64,000 nucleotides of DNA, from assembly GCA_036785375.1 (NCBI GenBank), contig JAWMAR010002559.1, positions 1-64,000 on the forward strand, written 5' to 3'. Every line of letters starts with the position of its first letter. The stretch's first letter is position 1. Under the pieces are notes generated by a model. The model did not search any database and was not told the origin of the DNA. It saw only the letters and a program-made list of their open reading frames with translations. The position numbers and the translations under genes are program-made. The stretch is from Leucoraja ocellata. Taxonomy: Eukaryota. This document shows, in pieces, positions 51,875 to 64,000 of the stretch.

Positions 51875-53249
51875 TGTCCGATCCCAGATATCCCGTCAGT
51901 TACCCGATCTCCCGGTCTGGAAGAGAAAGTTATTGCAGTAAAACTCCAGCGACCAATATACATTAAGCAACATGGATGCAATGCTGAGGCTCTATGAGGC
52001 GCTGGTGAGGCCACATTTGGAATATTGTGAGGAATTTTGAGCCCCGCATCTGATGAAGGATGTGGTGACTCTGGAGAGGGTCCAGAGGAGGTTTACAGGA
52101 ATGGTCCCAGGAATGAGTGTGTTTACATATGAGAGTGTTTATCAGCACTAGGTCTGTACTAGCTGGAGTTTAGAAGAATGAGGGAGGACCCCATTGAAAC
52201 CTACGGAATAGTGAAAGGCTTGGATAGAGTGGATGTGGAAAGGACTTTTCCACTGCTGGGAGGGTCATAGCCTCAGAATTCAACGTTGTTCTAGGAAGGA
52301 GAAGAGGAGGAATTTCTTTAGTGAGAGGGTGGTGAATCTGTGGAATTCTTTGCCACTGAAGGCTGTGGCGGCCCAGTCAGTGGATATTGTTGAGGCAGAG
52401 AAAGATAGATTGTGAATTTGTCCGGGTGTCAGGGGTTATAGGCAGAAGGCAGGAGAATGGGATTAGTAGGGAGAGATGGATCAGCCATGATTAAAAGGTG
52501 GAGTAGATTTGATGGGCTGAATGGCCTAATTCTGCTCCTATCACATGTCTGTAAATATCACCAACAGCATACGCTGCACCAACTACATTGAAGCTGTGGT
52601 CAATAAAGCAACTGATGTCTCATCTTGCTCAAAAGATGAAGGAAGTTCAGCATTTCTCCAGTGACTCACACCAACTTCTCCACATGAACTGTGAAAGAAC
52701 ACGGTTAGGTTGCATTACACTTTGGTTTGGGACCAGCTCTGCCCAAGACCACAAGAAGTTGGTCAGAGCTTAGTTTAGTTTAGAGATACAGCACAGAAAC
52801 AGGCTCCCACGGCCCACAGACCATGCCGACCACTTCACACACTAGTTCTGTGTTTACTTTTTGAGATACAACATGGAAACTGGACCTTTACCCCACCGTG
52901 CCCGCATCGACCATCGATCACCCGTTCACACACTAGTTCTGTGTTTAGTCTAGAGATACAGCGTGGAAACAGGCCCTTCGACCCATCGAGTCTGTGCCGA
53001 CCAGCGATCCCCCGCCCACTAACACGATCCTACACACGCTAGGGACAATTTACAATGTTGCCAAGCCAATTAGCCTACAAACCTGCACGTCATTGGAATG
53101 AAGGGGGAAGGGATGTGAGGGGAGGGGGTATGTGGGGTTGCGTGGCTAGGGGGTGTCGTGTGGGTAGGGGAGGGCGTGTGTGTGAGTGTGGGGGTGTGTG
53201 GGGGAGGGGGTGTGTGTGGGGGAGGGGGTGTGTGGGGGGGGTGAGTGTG

Positions 53250-53449
53250 NNNNNNNNNNNNNNNNNNNNNNNNNNNNNNNNNNNNNNNNNNNNNNNNNNN
53301 NNNNNNNNNNNNNNNNNNNNNNNNNNNNNNNNNNNNNNNNNNNNNNNNNNNNNNNNNNNNNNNNNNNNNNNNNNNNNNNNNNNNNNNNNNNNNNNNNNNN
53401 NNNNNNNNNNNNNNNNNNNNNNNNNNNNNNNNNNNNNNNNNNNNNNNNN
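53250..53449. other. Assembly gap (200 N)
   Basis: Flanks map to ~17190 and ~27866 in unit 1, so up to ~10 kb may be unresolved. Confidence 0.99.
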
Positions 53450-56268
53450 AGCAACTATACCGCTGTGCCACCATGCCGCCTCTTTCAGTTTCCCCCCCCT
53501 CTGACTGTAATTAGCCCCGTAAGTTATTCCTGGTGTATGAGTAAGAGTCATGGAATCAGTGAAGTGGCAGAGACTTGAGAGGCCCAACAACCTCTTGCTT
53601 CACGAGGAAGTGGACAGAAGTAGTAACAGGAAACTTTCTGTGAAAAATGAAAATGTCCTTTTTGCAGAAGGAAAAATGTATCAAACAGCTCCCCAAAGCT
53701 GAGATGCAGAACAGTCCCTTTATTAATCAAGAAAGCAAAGTGCTGGAGGAACTCAGCGGATCTGCGGACGGGAGTGGACTAGTATCACCAGTTCCTTCTT
53801 TCCACAAATGACATTTCAGATTGAGCCCAGACTGAAGGAGTAGAGTAGAAAACTGGAAAAGCAAGGTCATAGTCAGAGTGCTACCATGTGGAAACGGGCC
53901 ATTCGACCCAACTTGACCACACCGGCCAACATGTCCCAGCTATACTAGTCCCACCTGCCCACATTTGGTCCATATCCCTCCAAACCTGTCCTACCCATGT
54001 ATCAGCCTGTTTCTTAAACATTCGGATAGCCAATGCCTCAACTACCTCCTCTGGCAGCATGTTCCATGCACCAAACACCCTTTGTGAAAAAGTTACCCTT
54101 CAGAGTCCAGTTAACCTTTTTTCCCCCTCTCACCTTAAATCAATGTCCTTTGGTCCTCGATTCACCTACTCTGGTCAAGAGACTCTGTGTGTCTACCCGA
54201 TCTATTCCTCTCATGAGGAAAACGTTACCCCTCAGATTGCAATTAACATTTTTCCCCCTCTCACCTTAAATCAATGTCCTTTGGTCCTCGATTCACCTAC
54301 TCTGGGCAAGAGACACTGTGTGTTTACCCGATCTATTCCTCTCATGATTTTATGCATCTGCATAAGATCACCCCTCATCCTCCTGCATGCAAGGAATAGC
54401 ATCCCAGCCTACCCATTCCAGGTAACATCCTCATAAATCTTCTCCGTACCCATTCCAGGTGAAAACATCTTTCCGATGACACGGTGCCCAGAACTGAATG
54501 CACATATTCTAAATGCGGCTTCACCAACGGCTTACACAACTGCAACATAACCTTCCGATTTCTGAACTGTGCAAACTGTGTGAGCAGGTGTGAATGGGTC
54601 CAAAGCCTGGCAAGTGATAGTGGATACAGGTGAGGGGGGCAGATGATTAGACTAGGTGGGAGAATCTAAGTACAGAGGTCACAGCCACAGAATTGAAGGA
54701 CGTTTTTTTGGGAAGGCGATAAGAAGGAATTTCTTTGGTCAGAGGATGGCGAGTGTGGAATTATTTGCCACACAAGGCTGTGGAGGCCGTCAATTAATAT
54801 TTTTTAAGGTACAAAATACAACGGATAGATTCTTGATTAGTATGGGTGTCAGGGGTTATGGGGAGAAGGCAGGAGAATAGGTTGAGAGGGAAAGATAGAC
54901 CAGCCATGATTGAATGTTCGCTGTAGACTTGATGGGCCGAATGGCTTAATTCGGCTCCTATCACAAGGTCATCAGGAATAGGAATAGAAGAATGTCTTTT
55001 AATTCTGAGGCTGTGACCTCTACTCCTAGACTCACCCAATGGTGGAAATATCCTCTTAACATCCACTCTATCCAAGCCTTTCACTATTCTGTATTTTTCA
55101 ATGAGGTCCCCCCTCATTCTTCTCAACTCCAGCGAGAACAGGCCCAGTGCCAACAAGCGCTGATCATAGGTTAACCTCTTGATTACCATATAACCATATA
55201 ACAATTATAGCACAGAAACAGGCCATCTCGGCCCTTCTAGTCCGTGCCGAACACTTATTTCCCCCTAGTCCCATCTATCTGCACTCAGACTATAACTCTC
55301 CATTCCTTTCCCGTCCATCTACCTATCCAATTTATTTTTAAATGATAAAATTGAACCTGCCTCCACCACTTACACTGGAAGCTCATTCCACATAGCCACC
55401 ACTCTCTGAGTAAAGAGGTCCCCCCTCATGTTACCCCATAACTTCTGTCCCTTAATTCTCAAATCATGTCCTCTTGTTTGAATCTTCCCTACTCTCAATG
55501 GAAAAAGCTTATCCACGTCAACTCTGTCTATCCCTCTCATCATTTTAAAGACCTCTATCAAGTCCCCCCTTAACCTTCTGCGCTCCAAAGAATAAAGACC
55601 TAACCTGTTCAACCTTTCTCTGTAACTTAGTTGCTGAATCCCAGGCAACATTCTAGTAAATCTCCTCTGTACTCTCTCTATTTTGTTGACATCCTTCCTA
55701 TAATTTGGCGACCAAAACTGTACACCATACTCCAGAATTGGCCTCACAAATGCCTTGTACAATTTTAACATTCCTGGGATCATTCTTGTAAACCTCCACT
55801 GGACCCTCTCCAGAGCCAGCACATCCTTCCTCAGATACGGTGCCCAAAATCGCTCACAATATTCCAAATGCGGCCTCACCAGCACCTTATGGAGCCTCAA
55901 CATTATACCCCCGTTTTTGTATAAAAGCCCTCTTGAAATAAATGCTAGCGTTGACTTTGCTCTCTTTACTACTGTCATCACTATAACTTATGAAGTGGCA
56001 GAGACTCGAGAGGCCCAACGACTTCTTGATATATGAGGAAGTAACAGGAAATTTAGTGCAAAAAATGAAAATGTTCCTTCACAGAATGAAGGGAAATGTA
56101 TTCATTTGCATCCTCACGTCTGAGTTCCCCAGAGGTGAGGGTGCAAAACACTCCCTTTATTCATTGAGGAAACAAAGTTCTGGAGGAACTCAGCGGGTCT
56201 GTGGGGGTTAGACACAAAATGCTGGAGTAACTCAGCGGGACGGGCAGCATCTCTGTAGAGAAGGAATG

Positions 56269-56303
56269 GGTGACGTTTCGGGTCGAGGCCCTTCTTCAGA
56301 CTG
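56269..56303 (-). ncRNA. Minimal hammerhead-ribozyme motif in a Penelope terminal repeat (representative copy)
   Basis: gt-CTGAAGA-agggcctcgaccc-GAAAC-GTC-ac, matching the CUGANGA / stem II / GAAA / UH core. Confidence 0.55.
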
Positions 56304-59300
56304 AGAGTCAGGGGAGAGGGAAACGAGAGATATAGTCGGTGAAAAAATGAGAAAATAATTTTTTACACAGAGAGTGGTGAATCTGTGGAATTCTATGCCA
56401 CAGAAGGTAGTTGAGGCCAGTTCATTGGCTATATTTAAGAGGGAGTTAGATGTGGCCCTTGTGGCTAAAGGGATCAGGGGGAGTGGAGAGAAGGCAGGTA
56501 TGGGATACTGAGTTGGATGATCAGTCATGATCGTATTGAATGGCGGTGCAGGCTTGAAGGGCCGAATGGCCTACTCCTGCACCTATTTTCTATGTTTCTA
56601 TGTGATATAGAGAGATATAAAACAAATGAATGAAAGATATCCTAAAACAGTAACAATGGTAAAGGAACCAAGCCATTCTTCTTTCGTGTGGCGTGCACGG
56701 CCTAAATTGTCGTCGCGACATCAACCGCTTCAACGTCTCCACTCCCCTGTCTCACTCCAATCTCTCTCCCCCCCCCCCATGAACGTACAGCCATCGACTC
56801 ACACATGGACAATGTCCCCACTGACGAGCACCAGGTCACTATCTCTAGCACCATCGCCGATTTCATCGACGCCCTCCCCCCCCCCCCCCCCGAGCCACCA
56901 ACCTCATCGTTCCCCAGCCCCGCACGGCCCGATTTTACCTTCTCCCCAAAATCCACAAACTTGACTGTCCTGGCAGACCCATTGTCTCTGCCTGTTCGTG
57001 CCCCACCAAACTCATTTCCACATACCTTGACTCCATACTATCCCCCTTGGTTAAATCCCTCCCGACCTATGATCAAGACACCTCAGACACTCTCCGTCAT
57101 CTCCGCACATTCCATCCTCTAGGCCCCCATCCTCTCATCTTCACCATGGACGTCCAGTCACTCTGCACCTCCATCCCCCACCAGGATGGTCTCAAAGCCC
57201 TCCGGTTCTTCCTCGACCGGTGGAGAAACCTATACCCCGGCCTCTGATACTCTCCTCCGCCTAGTGGAGTTGATCCTTACCCTCAATAACTTCTCGTTTG
57301 ACTCCTCCCATTTCCTCCAAATACAAGGCGTAGCTATGGGCACACGCATGGGGCCCAGCTACACCTGCCTCTTTGTTCGAGGCGTATCCTGGCCCCATCC
57401 CCAACCTCTATCTCCGCTACATCGACGACTGCTTTGGTGCCACCTCCTGCACCTGCACACAACTGACTGACTTCATCCGCTTCACTACTAACTTTCATCC
57501 GGCACTCAAATAAACCTGGACCATTTTCGACACTTCCCTACCATTCCTTGACCTTACTATCTCCATTTCAGACTTCTGACCGACATCCACTATAAACCCA
57601 CTGACTCATATGGCTATCTTGACAACTCTTCCTCCCACCCTGCTTCCTGTAAGGACTCCTTCCCCTATTCCCAATACCTCCGTCTACGCCGCATCTGCTC
57701 CCAGGATGAGGTTTTCCACACCAGGGCCTCACAAATGTCCTCATTCTTCAGGGAACGGGTTTCCCCTCCCCCACTATAGATGAGGCTCGCACCAGGGTCT
57801 CTGCTCTCTCTCCCCATCCCCCCACTCGCAACAAGGGCAGGAGCCTGAAGACTGCAACAACCAGGTTCAGGAATAGCTACTTCCCCTTAGCCATCAGGCT
57901 ATTAAACCTGGCTCGGACAAAACTCTGATTATTAACAACCACTTTCTGTTATTTGCACTTTACCAGTTATTTATTCATGTGTGTATATATTTAGATCAGG
58001 GTATATGGACACATTTATCTGTTTTGTAGTCAATGCCTACTATTTTCTGTGTGCTTAAGCAAAGCAAGAATTACATTGTCCTGTACAGGGACACATGACA
58101 ATAAACCTACTTGAACTTGAACTTGGAACTCATCCACTCCTCACTGACACCAGTTCCTGGGGGTTGTGATGGTCTGAGAAGGAGCAGCAGCATTTTCCCC
58201 GTTCCCAGGCCCACGAGAGGTCATTTATCCGGCATCTTAGAAACATAGAAAATAGGTGCAGGAGGAGGCCATTCGGCTCTTTGAGCCAGCACCGCCATTC
58301 ATTGTGATCATGGCTGATCGCCCCCTATCAATAACACGTGCCTGCCTTCTCCCCATATCCCTTGACTCCACGAGCCACTAGAGCTCTCGCTTAAATCCAT
58401 GAATCCTTTCCTGAATCTGGTGGTACGCTCTTTCAAGCTTTTGGATTTAATTTAGTTTAGTTTAGAGATACAGAGCGGGAACAGGCCCTTCAGCCAACTG
58501 GATCAGCACCAACCAGCGATGCCCACATACTAACACTATCCTACACACATTAGGGAACATTTTTAAAAACATTTACACCAAGTCAATTTACCTACATACC
58601 TGTACATCTTTGGAGTGTGGGAGGAAACCGAAGATCTTGGAGAAAACCCATGCAGGTCACGGGGAGAACCGTACCAAATTCCGTATTGTCAGCACCCGTA
58701 GTCGGGATCAGAGAAACATAGAAAATAGGTGCAGGAGGAGGCCATTCGCCCTTCGAACCAGCACCGCCATTCACTGTGATGATGGCTGATTGTCCACTAT
58801 CAATAACCCGTGCCTGCCTTCTCCCCATATTCCTTGACTCTACTAGCCCCTGGAGCTCTATCTAACTCTCTCTTAAATCCCATCCAGTGACTTGGCCTCC
58901 ACTGCCCTCTGTGGCAGGGAATTCCACAAATTTCACAACTCTCTGGGTGAAAAAGTTTTTTCTCACCTCAGTCTTAAATGGCCGACCCCTTTATTCTAAG
59001 ACTGTGGCCCCTGGTTACGGATTCGGCCAACATTGAGACCATTTTTCCTGCATCTATGCTTGTCCAGTCCTTTTAGTTTTATATGTTTCTATAAGATATC
59101 CCCTCATCCTTCCAAACTCCAGTGAATTCTGCCTGCTCTCCATGTCAAAGTTTCCTGGAGTCTCAGCTATGAGCCCCGTGTCCCAGAACATGGTCTTGCC
59201 TCTTTCAGCAGCACTCTGGTCTCCCTTCCTGAGCTCAGACACCCACTTCGCCTCACATCACCTACTCTCACTTCTCCTTACTTACACATCTACACCTCGA

Positions 59301-60939
59301 CTAAACCCCTCGCCTCAACCAATTCAATTTCAATTACAATAGCAATAGTCTTTATGGAGAAGATCAGTTGCTACCTGATACATTGGCATATCATAATCAG
59401 TAGCATCATCATAACTCCATAGATTGTAACCAATAAGCAACTCTGTACACCAATCTGGACTACACTTCTTCCCACCCTGCTTCCTGTAAGGACTCCATCC
59501 CCTGCCCCCAATTCCTCAGTCTACGCCGCATGTGTTCCCAGGATGAGGTGTTCCACACCAGGGCATCTGAAATGTCCTAATTCTTAGGGAACGTGGGTTC
59601 CCCTCCTCCACCATAGATGAGGCTCGCACCAAGGTCTCTTCATACCCCGCAACACTGCTCTCTCTCCCCATCCCCCACTCGCAACAAGGGGAGAGTCCCC
59701 CTAGTCCTCACCTTTCACCCCACCAGCCGTCACATAAACCAAGTAATCCTCCATCAGTTTCGCCACCTCCAATGTGACCCTCCACTCGCCACATCTTCCC
59801 ATCTCCCCCCATATCTGCCTTCCGCAAAGACCGCTCCCTCCATAACTCCCTTGTAAATTCTTCCCTTCCCTCCCGTACCACTCCCTCCCCGGGCACTTTC
59901 CGTTGCAACCGCAAGAAATGCAACACTTGTCCCTTTACCTCCCCCCTCGACTCCGTTCAAGAACCCAAGCAGTCGTTCCAGGTGCGACAGAGGTGTACCT
60001 GCATCTCCTCCTACCTCATCTATTGCATCCGCTGCTCTAGATGTCGGCAGATCTATATCGGTGAGATCAAGCGGAGGTTGGGCAATCGACCTCTCTGTCC
60101 TGGGTTTAAACCAACCGTTGGGCCGGTTGCTGCGGGCGCGGGTGAGCAGCGCACGTGTCGGTGTCGGGGCCGCGCCCGTGGTCACATTCACGGCGGCGGA
60201 GCTCGCGGCCCGGCTACGGCGGGAAATGGAGCCTCAGGTACTGGCGGCCGGACCGGCGTTGATGCTCGGTTCCTTCCTTCCCCATCGCCACCTTTTCCCT
60301 CCCCCTCCTCCCCTCCCCTCCCCCCGCCCGTCTCCCCACCCCCCGTCTCCCCACCCCCCGTCTCCTCTTCCCCCCCGTCTCCCCTTCCCCCCCCCGTGTC
60401 CCGTCTCCCCTCCCCCCCGTCTCCCCTTCCCCCCCCCCGTCCTGGTTGGGTTGCCTCCTGGGCCTGGCCAAGCTGGCCATCCTCGAGTCACTGGGTCAGG
60501 CAGAAGAGGGCTCTGCCCGAGCCAGCTGCCTGCTCCTTTTCCGGGTTACGTCCGTGCCCGGGTGTGTTAGAGAGGGACTACGCACCAAAGATCCTATAGC
60601 GGAGCAAGATAGACTACTCCTGCTAAATACAATGGGCTGACGTGTAGTACGCAACGGAACGGAACGTGGGTCTTTTATTCATCCACTTCCGTAACCGGAC
60701 CCGACCCGACTCGCAGTGTAATCAACGCTGTGGGGGATCAGTTTGTGTTAATACATTAAAATTCTGAAAATGAGAAGAAGATTTTTACCAACCATCTTTT
60801 ATTTTTACGAGGATGTTTCCGTAACCGGCTTCCGTCATCGCACTATTATCCTATGAGATCTGTGGTGCGGAGACGAAAGCCGGTTACGGGAAATGGGGCC
60901 TTAAATTACCCATGAATATGCCCATGACCGTACTATGTC

Positions 60940-63450
60940 AAAGGAGTTGGAGGAATTGAGTGAAATCCAGGTTAGCCGGGAAGTGGTGTTGGGTAATTGA
61001 ATGGATTAAAGGCCGATAATCCCCAGGCCAGATAGGCTGCATCCCAGAGTACTTAAGGAAGTAGCTCCAGAAATAGTGGATGCATTAGTAATAATCTTTC
61101 AAAACTCTTTAGATTCTGGAGTAGTTCCTGAAGATTGGCGGGTAGCAAACGTAACCCCACTTTTTAAGAAGGGAGGGAGAGAGAAAACGAGGAATTACAG
61201 ACCAGTTAGTCTAACATCGGTAGTGGGAAACTGCTAGAGTCAGTGATTAAAGATGGGATAGCAGCACATTTGGAAAGTGGTGAAATCATTGGAACAAAGT
61301 CAGCATGGATTTACGAAAGGTAAATCATGTCTGACGAATCTTATAGAATTTTTCGAGGATGTAACTAGTAGCGTGGATAGGGGAGAACCAGTGGATGTGG
61401 TGTATCTGGACTTCCAGAAGGCTTTCGACAAGGTCCCCACATAAGAGATTAGTATACAAACTTAAAGCACACGGCATTGGGGGTTCAGTATTGATGTGGA
61501 TAGAGAGCTGGCTGGCAAACAGAAGCAAAGAGTAGAAGTAAACGGGTCCTTTTCACAATGGCAGGCAGTGACTAGTGGGGTACCGCAAGGCTCAGTGCTG
61601 GGACCCCCAGCTATTTACAATATTATTAATAGGTAATATATAATTATTGTATTAATATATTAATACAATATATATGGCAGATGGAGTTTTAATGCTGATA
61701 AATGTGAGGTGCTACACGTTGGCAGGACAAATCAAAATAGGACGTACATGGTAAGTGGTAGGGAATTGAAGAATACAGTTGAACAGAGGGATCTGGGTAT
61801 AACCGTGCATAGTTCCTTGAAGGTGGAATCTCATACAGATAGGGTGGTAAAGAAAGCTTTTGGTGTGCTAGCCTTTATAAATCAGAGCATTGAGTATAGA
61901 AGCTGGATTTGTAATGTTAAAATTGTACAAGGCATTGGTGAGACCAAATCTGGAGTATGGTGTACAATTTTGGTCGCCCAATTATAGAAGGATGTCAACA
62001 AATAGAGAGAGTACAGTGGAGATTTACTAGAATGTTGCCTGGGTTTCAACAACTAAGTTACAGAGATAGGTTGAATAAGTTAGGTCTTTATTCTCTGGAG
62101 CGCAGAAGGTTAGGGGGTACTTGATAGAGGTCTTTAAAATGATGAGAGGGATAGACAGAGTTGATGTGGACAAGCTTTTCCTTTGAGAATAGGGAAGATT
62201 CAAACAAGAGGACATGACTTCAGAATAAGGGACAGAAGTTTAGGGGTAATATGAGGGGGAACTTCTTTACTCAGAGAGTGGTAGTGGTGTGGAATGAGCT
62301 TCCAGTGGAAGTGGTGGAGGCAGGTTCATTGGTATCATTTAAAAATAAATTGGATAGGCATATGGATGAGAAGGGAATTGAGGGTTATGGCATGAGTGCA
62401 GGCAGGTGGGACTAAGGGGAAAAAAAGTTGTTCGGCACGGACTTGTAGGGCCGAGATGGCCTGTTCCGTGCTGTAATTGTTATATGGTTATTAATGATCT
62501 GGATGAGGGAATTGAAGGCAATATCTCCAAGTTTGCGGATGACACTAAGCTGGGGGGCATTGTTAGCTGTGAGGAGGATGCTAGGAGACTGCAAGGTGAC
62601 TTGGATAGGCTGGGTGAGTGGGCAAATGTTTGGCAGATGCAGTATAATGTGGATAAATGTGAGGTTATCCACTTAGGTAGCAAAAACAGGAAAGTAGACT
62701 ATTATCTCAATGGTGGCCGACTAGGAAAAGGGGAGATGCAGCGAGACCTGGGTGTCATGGTACACCAGTCATTGAAAGTAGGCATGCAGGTGCAGCAGGC
62801 ATTGAAGAAAACGAATGGTATGTTAGCTTTCATAGCAAAAGGATTTGAGTATAGGAGCAGGGAGGTTCTACTGCAGTTGTACAGGGTCTTGGTGAGACCA
62901 CACCTGGAGTATTGCGTACAGTTTTGGTCTCCAAATCTGAGGAAGGACATTATTGCCATAGAGGAGTGCAGAGAAGGTTCACCAGACTAATTCCTGGGAT
63001 GTCAGGACTGTCTTATGAAGAAGACTGGATAGACTTGGTTTATACTCTTTAGAATTTAGGAGATTGAGAGGGGATCTTATAGAAACTTACAAAATTCGTA
63101 AGGGGTTGGACAGGCTAGATGCAGGAAGATTGCTCCCGATGTTGGGGAAGTCCAGGACAAGGGGTCACAGCTTAAGGATAAGGGGAAATCCTTTAAAACC
63201 GAGATGAGAGAACTTCTTTCACACAGAGAGTGGTGAATCTCTGGAACTCTCTGCCACAGAGGGTAGTTGAGGGAAGTTCATTGGCTATATTTAAAGGAGT
63301 TAGATGTGGCCCTTGTGGCTAGGGGGATCGGAGAGAGAAGGCAGGAACGGGATACTGAGTTGGATGATCAGCCATGATCATATTGAATGGCGGTGCAGGC
63401 TCGAAGGGCCGAATGGCCTACTCCTGCACCTAATTTCTATGTTTCTATGT
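60940..63450 (+). mobile_element. CR1 (RT) with a second CR1 nested at ~61676-62489, unit-2-specific
   Basis: [41 protein letters not shown]; ctatgtc on both sides; empty site at ~33718-33724. Confidence 0.9.
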
Positions 63451-64000
63451 CTTTTGGTCGAGTGGGACGATCTTGCTCGCTGTAGGATCTTTGCTACACA
63501 CTGTCCACGGGCAACCTGGGGGATTTGCCGCACCATTGGGCACGGCGGGGGTGGAATGCATCCTTGACAAGGAGTGTAACATAGTTGTATAGTCGTTTAT
63601 TTAGTATATTTGTTGGTCTTGTATTATGGGGTGGGATCTGGTTTGTTTCATTTCATTTTCCAAATCCTCTGCAGAAAACATGTAATGATATAAAAATAGT
63701 ATCAGGATTAATCTTGCACCTGCTCCGCTATTAGATGACCATGACTGATTAGATTTAGTTTAGTGTAGTTTAGAGACACAGGGCGGAAACAGGACCTTCG
63801 GCCCATCGAGTCAGCGCCGACCAGCGATCCCCGCACACTACACACACCCAGTCAAGTCAAGTCAAGTCACTTTTATTTCTATAGCACATTTAAAAAACAT
63901 CTTCTCGTTGACCAATGTGCTTTACATTGGTGGAGGTACTAACGTTATACAACGGTGGTTCATAGATTAAGTACATACATAAATACATACATATAGCCCT

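Larger units (their letters stand above)
37720..51916 (-). other. Siglec/MAG-like receptor gene, copy B (span)
   Basis: Leader 51835-51874, V 50588-50956, C2 49838-50131, dead Ig3 48240-48955, Ig4 deleted, TM 40175-40271, cytoplasmic 39195-39267, terminal 37759-37911. Phases 1/1/1/2/0 all match; skipping Ig3 gives a 1026-nt ORF (341 aa). Confidence 0.85.
37742..64000 (+). repeat. Second unit of tandem segmental duplication (paralogous to 1-34272)
   Basis: Colinear high identity, for example 1/37742, 14871/50588, 27866/53450, 34272/64000, with unit-specific insertions and deletions. Confidence 0.95.

Noticed and set aside
50985-51941. 318-aa Pro/Ser/His-rich ORF, and similar ORFs at 7207-7974, 17148-17686 and 43449-43972
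   Set aside because: Translations of minisatellite or low-complexity tracts, with no gene-like structure.
37742-64000. Unit 2 as an allelic haplotig artefact
   Set aside because: Many reciprocal TE insertions and strong V and TM divergence favour paralogy, though read depth was not available to confirm.

Overview
Repeat-dense vertebrate genomic DNA. The CR1, Penelope, Rex1/Babar and tRNA-SINE content suggests a cartilaginous fish such as a skate or ray (inference). The window holds a tandem segmental duplication with a ~37.7 kb offset at the start (1 matches 37742; 64000 matches ~34272) and a 200-N gap at 53250-53449. Each unit carries a minus-strand Siglec/MAG-like Ig-superfamily receptor gene, mostly missed by the ORF track and rebuilt here by hand from splice sites. 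The inferred ancestral layout is leader, V-set, C2, Ig3, Ig4, TM, cytoplasmic exon, terminal exon with YxN and ITIM (VEYAEL). Both copies share an Ig3 exon disrupted by a frameshift and a CR1 insertion. By different mutations, each copy has also lost Ig4, lost the ITIM and carries an arginine in the TM helix. The V-set domains differ ~20% versus ~5% for C2, and copy B has Arg>Lys at the essential sialic-acid-binding position. If Ig3 and Ig4 are skipped, both give open frames (279 aa and 341 aa) for short 2-Ig, ITIM-less, TM-Arg receptors. This suggests parallel inhibitory-to-activating conversion; pseudogene status cannot be excluded without RNA data. The rest is nested mobile elements (Helitron, MITEs, hammerhead-bearing Penelope ends, L1, L2, Tx1), minisatellites and a repeated ETS/IRF-motif block. 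Mobile-element boundaries are approximate unless junctions are stated.
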